From: Escherichia phage KIT01
Strand: one strand, 5' to 3'
DNA length: 64,000 bases
Sequence record: AP019521.1
Shown: positions 19,200 to 28,528 of the stretch, piece after piece
How positions within the stretch are numbered: the stretch's first letter is position 1
How the letters are laid out: each line of letters opens with the position of its first letter
Notes under the pieces: generated by a model
What the model saw: the letters and a program-made list of their open reading frames with translations, nothing else
Databases searched by the model: none
Told to the model about the DNA's origin: nothing
Translations under genes and position numbers: made by a program

Positions 19200-21287
19200 T
19201 TACCCTTGGATGAATTTTTCTGGGATGTCATAGAGGTCTATGCATGAAGCCAAAAGAGACAGTACATCAAACCGTGTAGATTTAACAAATGAATCAAAAG
19301 ATACGGGGCTTTCGGAAGTATCGAAATCATCTTGATATACGACCAACTCACCGGTTTCCATTAGTACGTCACCATCATATACCACAGATTCTTGAAGCTC
19401 ATCTGATGTCATAACTTCAGCTTGAATAAATTTATTGTTAGACCCAGCCCCAGAACCAGTATTGGCTGATGCATCCACGATTTTATCTATTTTTACAAGT
19501 AGCCCGCGTGGTAAAATTATTTCCTTTTCGTTGGCATGCATGCTTAATTGGCCAGGATAAATCACGTTAACCTTATGAGCGCCACTAATAGCCCAGCCAA
19601 CATCAACCCGGATTTGATCCGGTGCATACATATGTGTACGCACTTGACTATCAGAGATGGTAACGCCTTCGTCATTATTATCAACGTTTAATTCTTTTCG
19701 AACATCATCGGAAGCAAGACCAATAGCCGCATTCTCTTTAAAGCCACCAAAAATGATTGGAGCCAATGAGGTTGAAACATAGTTTCTAAAATAGAATACC
19801 TTATTTTTAACTAATGCTTCGTAGATAGGCGCGCGCAAAGATTGGGCTCTATAAACCATTATTCCTTCAGGTAAACGGTCACCATTTTTAAAGGCCGAAT
19901 CCATTCCATCAATAGCACGTTTAACTTCGCTTTCGTCCAAAACTTCATAAAAGCCTGGTTTATAACGGCCAAGAAGGACATTGTTGATATCAACATAAGC
20001 TGAAGAGGCGTATTCTCTGATAGCTCGTTTTTCTGCAAGTGTATATTGTTTAGGGTCTCGAGATGTTGTTATATTAAGAATTTCTCTAGTTGATTCTATA
20101 GCGTATGTATACATTATCTTAGACAAGAATGAAGACTTACGTTGTTTCCATACTCTTTCACTGTTTTCATTCAATATCTCTTTTTCCAAATGGAAATTGT
20201 CTTTTCTATAATCTTCAAACCAATCACTTTTAATAGATTCTGCGATTTCATTAGCAGCTTCAACAAAGGCAGCTAAAGCTTTAACTGACGTGGTTTTTTC
20301 ATTTTTAATTTTTTTGACAAATTTTTCTAAAGAAGAGTTAATTTTATCACCGTAAGAAACTTCATCCGCAAATTTAAATGAATCATCCATAGTATTATAA
20401 ATTTTAAAATCAATAGCCGTAGCCAGCTTATCCTTAGCTGTTTCGGATGATAATGATAATTCAACTTCGGCTGCTTGTGGAATTAATTCCGCCGTAGCAG
20501 GTGCACTGAACTCATTGGCAGTTTGTTCATATTTCTGAAACAATTCACCTTCATTACGGTCTGCTTCTAATGACTGACTTGCTGCAATAGCACGACGGGA
20601 AATCTTAGTTTTGGTTATAACCATTTTATCAGTGCGACGTTCTTCAACTTTAGCAATACTGCCGGCAATAGCAGTTTCTTTAGTAACCTGCATGCCTTCT
20701 TTTTTAGAAATATAAACTTCACCGACATCAGAATCTACCTTAGTATATAATTCAGCATTAATTTCTGGTATACCCTTAATATCTTCAATGTTAGCTTGTT
20801 TACGAACTACCAGAATATAAGTATGTTTGCCGGTGAATTCATACATGGCTGGAACTACTTTAAATCGTCCACCAGTTTTCTGTGCTACTAAACGTTGAAT
20901 AATACGTTGAACGATAGGACCTTGTCCTTTCATTTTCTTGGTAGGGAACCGGAACATCACGGCATCCATACGAAGAGCTTTAACTTGTTCGTAGACAACA
21001 CTAAAGATAGTATTAATTGCATCGATAGGAGTAGGGCCAAGGCCACCCTTAAGTTCTGCTGGAGTACCTTTAGCTGATAAACTCATCAGAATAACGTGGG
21101 CATATTTATCACCTAATTTAACTTGTTTGATCGCGTCTCCTTGAGACGCATAAGATACCATACGAGCAACTAATTGGGACTCTGCATCGCCAATCTTCCA
21201 AATCTGGGGTACTTTAAGTTTAGGGTTCAAGTTTACTGTAGGCAGTGTGCCTTCGGACTCAAACACTTCATTTAATTGTTCGGTCAT
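19200..21287 (-). CDS. alt: Alt-like mono-ADP-ribosyltransferase, paralog 3 (closest to T4 Alt)
   Basis: 695 aa; YRAQSL, RNYVSTSLAP, NEKEIILPRGLLVKIDKI and C-terminal LMETGELV all match T4 Alt. Confidence 0.88.
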   Translation of the reverse strand: MTEQLNEVFESEGTLPTVNLNPKLKVPQIWKIGDAESQLVARMVSYASQGDAIKQVKLGDKYAHVILMSLSAKGTPAELKGGLGPTPIDAINTIFSVVYEQVKALRMDAVMFRFPTKKMKGQGPIVQRIIQRLVAQKTGGRFKVVPAMYEFTGKHTYILVVRKQANIEDIKGIPEINAELYTKVDSDVGEVYISKKEGMQVTKETAIAGSIAKVEERRTDKMVITKTKISRRAIAASQSLEADRNEGELFQKYEQTANEFSAPATAELIPQAAEVELSLSSETAKDKLATAIDFKIYNTMDDSFKFADEVSYGDKINSSLEKFVKKIKNEKTTSVKALAAFVEAANEIAESIKSDWFEDYRKDNFHLEKEILNENSERVWKQRKSSFLSKIMYTYAIESTREILNITTSRDPKQYTLAEKRAIREYASSAYVDINNVLLGRYKPGFYEVLDESEVKRAIDGMDSAFKNGDRLPEGIMVYRAQSLRAPIYEALVKNKVFYFRNYVSTSLAPIIFGGFKENAAIGLASDDVRKELNVDNNDEGVTISDSQVRTHMYAPDQIRVDVGWAISGAHKVNVIYPGQLSMHANEKEIILPRGLLVKIDKIVDASANTGSGAGSNNKFIQAEVMTSDELQESVVYDGDVLMETGELVVYQDDFDTSESPVSFDSFVKSTRFDVLSLLASCIDLYDIPEKFIQG

Positions 21288-21337
21288 AATAATTCCTCTT
21301 TAATAACCTTATTTATGCCAGAAAAGGCCCGAAGGCC

Positions 21338-21508
21338 TTAAAGTGGTAGCAACGTACGGTATACTTCGAATGTCGGGCCTTTTTCGTAGCCATCAAATGT
21401 GTCTTTAAAATCGGCAAAAGCTATTTCGTCCTCAAAATCAAGGATGATTTGAGAGACTGCCGTGGTATTTGTATTTGATACAACAACTGTTTCTAAATAA
21501 ACTTTCAT
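21338..21508 (-). CDS. Small hypothetical protein between ligase and alt
   Basis: 56-aa ORF from ATG at 21508, immediately after the ligase stop. Confidence 0.4.
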   Translation of the reverse strand: MKVYLETVVVSNTNTTAVSQIILDFEDEIAFADFKDTFDGYEKGPTFEVYRTLLPL

Positions 21509-21509
21509 A

Positions 21510-23033
21510 TTATAACCCAGTTTGAGACCAATCGCCAAATACATCTTCAAATGTATCAGCTTCTGTTTTATCGAAACGCCAACCTTTAATGATTGGAAGG
21601 AAAATACCTACAGTATCGGTACGTCCTTTAGAATGAACCCAACCATTACATTCACAGTCGGCAATACGGCCAATCAATTTACCTTCACGAGCTTGTTTCA
21701 TAAGAAGTTCACGGTCTAAATCAGGACGGTCTTCCAATGGAATCAATACCTTTTTACCTGATTTATCTTTCTTATGGGTGGTATCTTTAAAGCCTGAACC
21801 ACAGTCACTTGTAATTCTACGACAACGTGATACCAATTCAACACCACCAAGTTTGTTAGGGTCTTTCGAGTGTTCATAGTAACCTACTACTTCTAAAGCG
21901 ATATCGATTACTTCTTTGAACTTGATAAGATTCTTAGAACGGCGGTTTTCCCAGTAGGAGTCCATGTTCTTAAGGATAATACCTTCCAGACCTTGGTCGA
22001 CATATTTCTTATAAACGACTTTAGCTTCTTCAAGATTATTAACCCACCGGTTTTCGATAGCTTCAACACGCGTTGTACCGTGCAATACGACATTATGAGC
22101 AACCATAAGTTCTAAGGCTGTAAAGCGTACATCGTACTTATCGCCTTTAATTTTACCTTCGGAATACACGACATCCAGTGGAACATAATCCCATGCCTGT
22201 AATACCATACCGGCAGCTTCAGTAGCGGAAATAGTTCCTTGGAGAGCTTTATTAGCCAGGCCATTTGACGTAGAACGATCGGCGACAGTTTGGAATTCCT
22301 TAGCCTTACTTAATTCAGGAAGTTCCTCATCAAACATACTAAACAAATCATTAGATGCTTTAGGTTCTACTTTAGGAGTATGGTAAACTAATTCGCCATC
22401 AATCATAACACCATTAGGATGGCGTTGTCGAGCTTCTTCGGTCATGGCCATTAATTCAGCAGCTAAAAGATGAAGCCCTTGGTATTCATTACCACCACGA
22501 GTAAGGAATGTCACACCATCGTTACGAACTTCAGCAAAACAACGGGCGCCATCAGCTTTTAATTGAGCAAACGCTGGCCATTTAATATTTTTCTTAATCA
22601 AATCTTCATCATAAGAGCTAGCTAACATTTGAGGTTGTTCAGGGATTAAACCTTTCCAAACCTTGTTAGCAATGGAAATCGATGCACCGCATTCAAGGTC
22701 GCGCATCATTACACGACGTAATACCTCGGCATCTTGAGCCTTAGCATCGGCAATGATTTGAGCCAGTTCTTCAATAGCTGCATTACCGGTAACCTTACGA
22801 GTGGCTAATGTGAATTCAGCGAAATCAAGAAGGTCTTCAAGAGTAATCATACCAAAGGATTGAGACGTAAATCCAGGTTCAGGCCACTTTTTAATACCGT
22901 AGTTCAGACGACGAGTATAAGCCATACGATATACGCGTTTCAGAAGCTCATTATCCTTTTCACGAGCAATAATAGCTTCTTTAGCTTTAGTAGAATCAAT
23001 AGAAGCAATTTCGTTTAAAATATCTAAAATCAT
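21510..23033 (-). CDS. 30: ATP-dependent DNA ligase (gp30)
   Basis: 507 aa; strong match to T4 DNA ligase (MIL.ILNEIASI.STK.K.AI...; adenylation motif KADGARCFAEVR). Confidence 0.95.
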   Translation of the reverse strand: MILDILNEIASIDSTKAKEAIIAREKDNELLKRVYRMAYTRRLNYGIKKWPEPGFTSQSFGMITLEDLLDFAEFTLATRKVTGNAAIEELAQIIADAKAQDAEVLRRVMMRDLECGASISIANKVWKGLIPEQPQMLASSYDEDLIKKNIKWPAFAQLKADGARCFAEVRNDGVTFLTRGGNEYQGLHLLAAELMAMTEEARQRHPNGVMIDGELVYHTPKVEPKASNDLFSMFDEELPELSKAKEFQTVADRSTSNGLANKALQGTISATEAAGMVLQAWDYVPLDVVYSEGKIKGDKYDVRFTALELMVAHNVVLHGTTRVEAIENRWVNNLEEAKVVYKKYVDQGLEGIILKNMDSYWENRRSKNLIKFKEVIDIALEVVGYYEHSKDPNKLGGVELVSRCRRITSDCGSGFKDTTHKKDKSGKKVLIPLEDRPDLDRELLMKQAREGKLIGRIADCECNGWVHSKGRTDTVGIFLPIIKGWRFDKTEADTFEDVFGDWSQTGL

Positions 23034-23293
23034 TTTACCGTCCTTACAGTTTGTGTACTTCTATTATAAGCTACTTCATCTAAAAGCTCATTTAAAGTTT
23101 TGTGATACGATATAATACGCTTATCTTTAATATCGTATTCAGTAACATACATAAATCCGCGCCGAACACATTGGATAAAGATATCTTCATCTTTGGCTTG
23201 GAAATACACAGGGTTCAATCGAAGGAATTGTCTAACGTTTCCATAATCGTGGGATTTAGGCGTTCCATCAGTAATAGTATGAACTACAAACAT
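23030..23293 (-). CDS. Hypothetical early protein (30.x region)
   Basis: ORF with ATG at 23293 preceded by GAGGT; the longer track ORF begins at 23326. Confidence 0.5.
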   Translation of the reverse strand: MFVVHTITDGTPKSHDYGNVRQFLRLNPVYFQAKDEDIFIQCVRRGFMYVTEYDIKDKRIISYHKTLNELLDEVAYNRSTQTVRTVK

Positions 23294-23294
23294 A

Positions 23295-23933
23295 TTAACC
23301 TCGAGCAATCCATTCAACTGCGGCATTATTACGAAGGGATTCGATTGCTGCTATATCGTCCCACGAATTAACCTTTACGGCTAAATTAGGTTTAAAGTCA
23401 CGTTCACCACGAGCCAACCAATAAACTTGGATATCCATGAGAACATTAGATGCAGCATCACAGTGGTGAGCTAAATCATCAACATAAAACTTAATACGTT
23501 TGCCGTATGTATTTTTAGCTCTTATGAAAAGGTCTTCTTTTGATTCTGAATGACCACACATCAGAATCTCCTTGAATGCGCCAGGGAACAATGCATTCAA
23601 ATTGAATTGTCTATTCAGCAGAGCATCAATTGAGTCGCCTAGCGCAGTCACGGCTACAAAATCAAAGTCTTTTTTGAGCCTGTTGATGTGTTTTAATGCG
23701 TCCATGTAAGGAGACAGATAACGAATAAAATCCGACTGATTATATTTCTCGATTAAACGAGCGCCTAATTCGTTGTCACAATTAAACAGCTCGCCTGGAG
23801 ATAAGAAACGTTCGTCCTGAATCATATTCAGAATATGTTCTAAAGGCAAATTATATTTCTGTGCGAAATAAGGCAAGCCGGACTGCCAACTTAAACATAC
23901 TCCATCGATATCTGTTAAGATAACTGGTTTCAT
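23295..23933 (-). CDS. HAD-superfamily hydrolase-like protein
   Basis: 212 aa; N-terminal ILTDIDGV (DxDG nucleophile motif) and C-terminal Asp-rich motif. Confidence 0.55.
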   Translation of the reverse strand: MKPVILTDIDGVCLSWQSGLPYFAQKYNLPLEHILNMIQDERFLSPGELFNCDNELGARLIEKYNQSDFIRYLSPYMDALKHINRLKKDFDFVAVTALGDSIDALLNRQFNLNALFPGAFKEILMCGHSESKEDLFIRAKNTYGKRIKFYVDDLAHHCDAASNVLMDIQVYWLARGERDFKPNLAVKVNSWDDIAAIESLRNNAAVEWIARG

Positions 23934-24397
23934 AATAAATCTCTCAATTTGTTTAGGATGTCGATAAACTCTTTTTCAGTTAGTATTGTATCACATTCTG
24001 TAAGGTGGCTTGCCATAGAATGCTTTAAAACCCTACCTTTTGTGGATTGTAATGCATCGCGAAATCCTGGGTTTTGGATCGCTGCTTCAAAATAAGCATT
24101 TTCGTACAACTCTTTCCATGCTGTAGAGTATCTTGAAATGGGAGTTCCAAGCCAGAACAGCGTCCCACGGTCCTGAGCTCTAGCATAAGTTCGTCCAGCT
24201 TTTTGTGCGTCCAGGCCTGACATTCTGAATATACGTTTTTGTTGTTCATGATTTTTCACCTTACATCCTTGGAGGAATCCTTCGAGTCCACCAAATTGGA
24301 TACCGTCCATAACGAAAGGCCATTTGGCAAAGTTACTTAATGCGCATGATGGCCATGGAAAATTGCTTCTGATTTCTAACTCAGACATCTTTGACAC
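23930..24397 (-). CDS. Conserved hypothetical early protein (30.3-like position)
   Basis: 155-aa ORF in the ligase-downstream early block. Confidence 0.5.
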   Translation of the reverse strand: MSKMSELEIRSNFPWPSCALSNFAKWPFVMDGIQFGGLEGFLQGCKVKNHEQQKRIFRMSGLDAQKAGRTYARAQDRGTLFWLGTPISRYSTAWKELYENAYFEAAIQNPGFRDALQSTKGRVLKHSMASHLTECDTILTEKEFIDILNKLRDLL

Positions 24398-24593
24398 TTA
24401 TAATTTCGACATCAGCCCAATGTCCGTACCCAGGCAGACGGTCTTCAATAGATAATCCGCCATCAGATTTCAGCATTTTAATTGTTTTAGTATATGGTTC
24501 ATCTTGCGGATGCACAGGAGATAAATCAGTTACACGATAAGTCACTTCGACCATTTCCGTACCTAATAATTTCTGAATCAATTTCTTAAACAT
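24381..24593 (-). CDS. Hypothetical small protein
   Basis: 70-aa ORF, co-oriented and tightly packed. Confidence 0.4.
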   Translation of the reverse strand: MFKKLIQKLLGTEMVEVTYRVTDLSPVHPQDEPYTKTIKMLKSDGGLSIEDRLPGYGHWADVEIISVKDV

Positions 24594-24594
24594 A

Positions 24595-24789
24595 TTATCC
24601 TCGCTTTAAACATTTGATTACAGACAGTTCGCCGCCCATGCGAACGTCTTCAGTTCCATCGACCCATAGGACGGTGTAGGCTTCTTTAATAGTAACATTA
24701 CCTAATTTAAAAGCAGGTAGAACCTTGGAAATCATTCCAGGAATACCTACACCTTTTAGCTGAACAGTTTGTGATAAGAATAGTTGCAT
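24595..24789 (-). CDS. Hypothetical small protein
   Basis: 64-aa ORF. Confidence 0.4.
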   Translation of the reverse strand: MQLFLSQTVQLKGVGIPGMISKVLPAFKLGNVTIKEAYTVLWVDGTEDVRMGGELSVIKCLKRG

Positions 24790-25076
24790 TAGAACCTCAT
24801 CTGAAAGCCGTGCGATTTAACATTACCACCATAGATGTCAGACGTATTGACTTCACGTGCAGCACTTGGGTCGATATTGATATCATGGTTGAGCTTAGTG
24901 ATTGCCAGGGTATCACGACCATTAACAGTACGGAATTCCACCGGGCATACAACATCGGCATAAGCCTTAATAGATTCACGAGTAGGTTGTTTGTCGGCAG
25001 GAACATCTTTACCTGCTTTAGAGAAAACAACTTCACAGAAATTTTTACGAGTATCAAAATAAGTGGTCATAAACAT
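24789..25076 (-). CDS. Hypothetical protein
   Basis: ATG at 25076 (MFMTTYFD...) downstream of the hairpin at 25093-25108. Confidence 0.5.
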   Translation of the reverse strand: MFMTTYFDTRKNFCEVVFSKAGKDVPADKQPTRESIKAYADVVCPVEFRTVNGRDTLAITKLNHDINIDPSAAREVNTSDIYGGNVKSHGFQMRF

Positions 25077-25117
25077 AATATTTTCCTCAAAGGAGGCCGA
25101 AGCCTCCATTTTTAAGA

Positions 25118-25483
25118 TTAGATATCGAATTCGTTCAGAACTACATCAAAGATTGCTTCCAGGTGTTCAGGTTTAGCTCGGTTGCTCAGGATGTGACGAA
25201 TCCAGGTTTTAACCAGAAGCTTACGATTAACGCCGTTCCAGCAAGGATGGGTACCTAAATCACGTTGACGGAAATCGTCATCTAAAGCGATTTTAAAAGT
25301 AGAACCTTCCATTGTGATTGAAACCGTAATACCATTTTCAAAGCGCATATAAACGTAGTTAGGAGTCATGCACTGTTCGATTTCGCACACGGTGCCGTTG
25401 TTGTGTTTCCACAGGCAAATAACTTCAGAAGAACCAGCGATACCGTTAGAAACATATTTACGTTCGAAGTTGATGTAGTTCAT
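25118..25483 (-). CDS. Hypothetical early protein
   Basis: 121-aa ORF with its own early promoter and leader. Confidence 0.55.
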   Translation of the reverse strand: MNYINFERKYVSNGIAGSSEVICLWKHNNGTVCEIEQCMTPNYVYMRFENGITVSITMEGSTFKIALDDDFRQRDLGTHPCWNGVNRKLLVKTWIRHILSNRAKPEHLEAIFDVVLNEFDI

Positions 25484-25520
25484 TTTATTCTCCAGTTTGT
25501 TTTCGTATTATTTGGTACAG

Positions 25521-25556
25521 GTCTATAATAACACAACCTGTACCAAAGTAAAACAT
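25521..25556 (-). promoter_or_regulatory. T4-type early promoter
   Basis: Minus strand reads GTTTTAC-N16-TTATTATAG, embedded in an inverted repeat GGTACAGG/CCTGTACC. Confidence 0.5.
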
Positions 25557-25889
25557 TTATTTCACAACATTCCAATTTTTCATATCAAGTTTACCAACTT
25601 TTTTCATCTGAGCAATCAGACGTTCAGCGCGTGTACGGGCATTAACGTAATAGAATTCACCAATTTTGTTTTCTTCAATACGGCCAGTAATTACAGTTTT
25701 CAGTTCATAAATCCAACCTGTAAAGAAGTTGTGAAGCTCGATGGTAAATGTGAAATCAGTACCCATACCTTCAGTTGTTTCAACTTCGATGATATCACCT
25801 TCAACTGCAGTCAGGACCCACATGGTTTCTTGATATCCGCCGTTGAAACATTTAGCTTTAACAGATGCATTCAGATTTACAGTTTTCAT
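25557..25889 (-). CDS. Hypothetical early protein
   Basis: 110-aa ORF; shares an identical 39-nt initiation region with the downstream gene. Confidence 0.55.
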   Translation of the reverse strand: MKTVNLNASVKAKCFNGGYQETMWVLTAVEGDIIEVETTEGMGTDFTFTIELHNFFTGWIYELKTVITGRIEENKIGEFYYVNARTRAERLIAQMKKVGKLDMKNWNVVK

Positions 25890-25924
25890 TTTATTCTCCA
25901 GTTTGTTTTCGTATTATTTGGTAC

Positions 25925-25960
25925 ATGTCTATAGTATCACGCCTACCGGAGATGTACACC
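25925..25960 (-). promoter_or_regulatory. T4-type early promoter
   Basis: Minus strand reads GTGTACA-N16-TACTATAGAC. Confidence 0.5.
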
Positions 25961-25980
25961 TTTTTTTAAAGATTTAGAAA

Positions 25981-26005
25981 CAAAAATGGGACTCCGAAGA
26001 GTCCC
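25981..26005 (-). terminator. Rho-independent terminator (minus strand)
   Basis: Hairpin GGGACTC-TTCG-GAGTCCC followed by ATTTTTG on the minus strand. Confidence 0.6.
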
Positions 26006-26010
26006 ATAAC

Positions 26011-26172
26011 TTATGCCTGAGGCTTACCAAAGCAAGCAGCATCTGCACGCAATACTGCACGAGCACGAGCTTGAAGCTTATCAACTACCTGATTGATACG
26101 CTTGTTGGACGCACGCTTGTAACCAGCGCGTTTAGAGGTACCGTCAACTACTTTAACTTCTTTCTTAGCCAT
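26011..26172 (-). CDS. Small basic protein (53 aa)
   Basis: ORF MAKKEVKVVDGTSKRAGYKRASNKRINQ... not in ORF track; terminator immediately downstream. Confidence 0.45.
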   Translation of the reverse strand: MAKKEVKVVDGTSKRAGYKRASNKRINQVVDKLQARARAVLRADAACFGKPQA

Positions 26173-26440
26173 TTTTAAATCTCTTAAATTAGAATGCAGG
26201 ACTTATTGGCATTGCCTGCGCAAGCCCTCAAGGGGAACATAGGTTTCGGATATTTAACGACAGGATAACCATAAACCTCGTCATCATACCGACCACGACT
26301 TAGACAGATAACCTTTTTCTGACGCGTGATAGTACAAAATACATTCAAGAGGTACACCGTAAAATTGTCGGGGCGGTACTTCTAAAACATATCGATTCGT
26401 AAATCGATAATCAGACAATTCGACGGCTCCTCGATTTAAC

Positions 26441-26689
26441 TTACTTCAGGGTAATAATAAAATGACGTACTGCTTTACGAGCTGCTGAAGCCAAAGGCTT
26501 AGCAAATTTCAGTTCATCTTTAGCTTCCAGTTCAGCAGCCAGAGTAGCCTGAGCAGGATTCAGATGTTTGAAATAACGCAGGATTTCCAGTGCTTCGGCT
26601 TCAACATCAATAGATGCGCCATAGTTTTCGTGACCGTTGTTCCAAGCGTTGCGTTGCAGTTCAAGAGCGTGATTCAGTTGTTTGTTCAT
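26441..26689 (-). CDS. rIII: rIII lysis inhibition accessory protein
   Basis: 82 aa, same length as T4 rIII; sits downstream of gene 31 as in T4. Confidence 0.75.
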   Translation of the reverse strand: MNKQLNHALELQRNAWNNGHENYGASIDVEAEALEILRYFKHLNPAQATLAAELEAKDELKFAKPLASAARKAVRHFIITLK

Positions 26690-26827
26690 TTTAGTTTCTC
26701 AATTCGAGATAAAGATTGGTGGACACGTTCTTCTGAATTTCACTTCCTTTCGGCAAGTCTCTCAGTTGTAGTCCACCGCTTAGGATTCTCCGGTTAACTA
26801 ACTAGTCCGGCAGCCAATCCATATTAT

Positions 26828-26835
26828 TATTTATA
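26828..26835 (-). promoter_or_regulatory. Late promoter (TATAAATA, minus strand) upstream of rIII
   Basis: Exact TATAAATA on the minus strand immediately after the gene 31 stop; a 130-nt leader with the GTGGAC...GTCCAC inverted repeat follows. Confidence 0.45.
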
Positions 26836-27159
26836 TCACTTATAAAGGCAAGGAATTGCTTTATAATGACAGGTAACGAATTTTTGTTTAATTTCTTTAG
26901 GTTGTTTAATACCCAATGCAACCAACGGATGAGGCACGTTAGCAATCTTACCAACAGGAAGTGGAGTCAAATCACCTACTTCACAAAAATCTTCAGGGAC
27001 ATCAGGTCCTACAGAATAAATTTCACAAAGTTCAGGGATTTCACCTTGATGAAGTTTGCCAATAACGATACCAGATGCAGTGGTTTCTTCATCGCCAGCT
27101 TGTTTTGGTTCGGAAACGAGAATAACATATTCTCCGACCGCTTTAATAGGAAGTTCCAT
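26836..27159 (-). CDS. 31: gp31 co-chaperonin (GroES analogue)
   Basis: 107 aa; strong match to T4 gp31 ([18 protein letters not shown]...[23 protein letters not shown]). Confidence 0.93.
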   Translation of the reverse strand: MELPIKAVGEYVILVSEPKQAGDEETTASGIVIGKLHQGEIPELCEIYSVGPDVPEDFCEVGDLTPLPVGKIANVPHPLVALGIKQPKEIKQKFVTCHYKAIPCLYK

Positions 27160-27217
27160 ATTTAATCCATATTGTTTTGTTGATAGATTAATAATAACAC
27201 GCTATTCTTAAAGCATA

Positions 27218-27517
27218 TTACAGGACAAGCAGAGTTTCGGTCTGAAGGCCGTTAATAGAAATCAGCTTATCGAAACGGAATGAGCGCCAATCATTAACCT
27301 TGGTATCAAATACTCTGATGTAATTAACAGGTTCTTTATTGGCTTCTGGTCCAGGGGCCTGGACTTCTTTATACGGAAGCAGGTCTAAGTCACGTGTACA
27401 AGTCATACGACGGGCACTACCATCGGCCTTTTCAAACAGGACTTCGTGAGTACCCACAGACAAAATAGTCTTGACTTTTTCACGGAGACGAATTGTTTCT
27501 TGTTCAGTTAAAATCAT
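27218..27517 (-). CDS. Hypothetical protein (31.1 position)
   Basis: 99-aa ORF. Confidence 0.55.
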   Translation of the reverse strand: MILTEQETIRLREKVKTILSVGTHEVLFEKADGSARRMTCTRDLDLLPYKEVQAPGPEANKEPVNYIRVFDTKVNDWRSFRFDKLISINGLQTETLLVL

Positions 27518-27519
27518 AA

Positions 27520-27753
27520 TTATTCCAGAATAGTTTTGATAGTGGTTGCATTACGCTCTTTTAGAGCTCTTAATAGGCTATGGCAATTATCAAGAATAGG
27601 CACCGTTTTATATTTCATTTCGGCGCGAACCCACTCGGATTTATAGTACGTTTTCCAACGAGAGAAAAAGTACTTTTTATATTCTACTGAATAGGCTATC
27701 AGGTTTTCACCTTTTGAGTTAAGACCTGAAAATTTAACTAGACGAAATTTCAT
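27520..27753 (-). CDS. Hypothetical protein (31.2 position)
   Basis: 77-aa ORF. Confidence 0.5.
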   Translation of the reverse strand: MKFRLVKFSGLNSKGENLIAYSVEYKKYFFSRWKTYYKSEWVRAEMKYKTVPILDNCHSLLRALKERNATTIKTILE

Positions 27754-28298
27754 TATTCACCACAATAGTTTTGAATTGATTCCCAGTTCAGAGAACGGAG
27801 CCCTGTACGATTATACTGGATAACCTCAATGCCTGATTCACGGAGGATATCGTCCCACCCTTCAGGATTTCGGTCATAGAGCTCAGCATAAACCAATGTT
27901 TTAATTCCGGACTGCGCAATAGACTTAGCACAATCAGCGCACGGAGATAACGTCACGTACATCGTAGCGCCATCAATAGAACTTCCGGTACGAGCTGCAA
28001 ACAAAATAGCATTCAGTTCAGCATGGATTTCATTTTTAGATGACCATGCAGCGTGAGCCATACGGTGTTCTTTAAGAAGAACAGATTTATGCGACATCCG
28101 CGCTGGGTCATACACAACACGGGTCCAGTCTTGTTCCACAGCGTGGTCACAACAGTTAACACCACCGGATGGTGAGCCGTTATAGCCTGTAGAGATAATG
28201 CGGCCATTCTTTTCAATAACCGCGCCTACTTTCCATGAACAACATTTTGATTCCTGAGAAATCAGATAGGCAATCTGAAGATATGTGCTTGCTTTCAT
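27753..28298 (-). CDS. cd: dCMP deaminase
   Basis: 181 aa; zinc-binding deaminase motifs HAELNA and PCADCA; synteny with T4 cd. Confidence 0.9.
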   Translation of the reverse strand: MKASTYLQIAYLISQESKCCSWKVGAVIEKNGRIISTGYNGSPSGGVNCCDHAVEQDWTRVVYDPARMSHKSVLLKEHRMAHAAWSSKNEIHAELNAILFAARTGSSIDGATMYVTLSPCADCAKSIAQSGIKTLVYAELYDRNPEGWDDILRESGIEVIQYNRTGLRSLNWESIQNYCGE

Positions 28299-28528
28299 TC
28301 TATGAACACTCGCTGCGCTTCGACCAGACCATCAGAACCAAGTTTCAACTGGGTAATCTGGCCGCCATTTTTAGGATTAACGATAACCAATACCGCACGT
28401 GGTGATTCCTGAATTACTCGCAGAGTTGCATCAGGAAAACGTACAGAAACCTTATTAATCAGGGCCTGAGCAAATTCTTTAACTTTAACTTGGAACTGCT
28501 CTACAGTAATAGGTTGTTCGCTCAGCAT
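28295..28528 (-). CDS. Hypothetical protein (cd.1 position)
   Basis: 77-aa ORF. Confidence 0.5.
   Translation of the reverse strand: MLSEQPITVEQFQVKVKEFAQALINKVSVRFPDATLRVIQESPRAVLVIVNPKNGGQITQLKLGSDGLVEAQRVFIE

Noticed and set aside
21310-21317. CATAAATA (minus strand) upstream of alt paralog 3 as a late promoter
   Set aside because: One mismatch from the strongly conserved TATAAATA; not called without transcript evidence.
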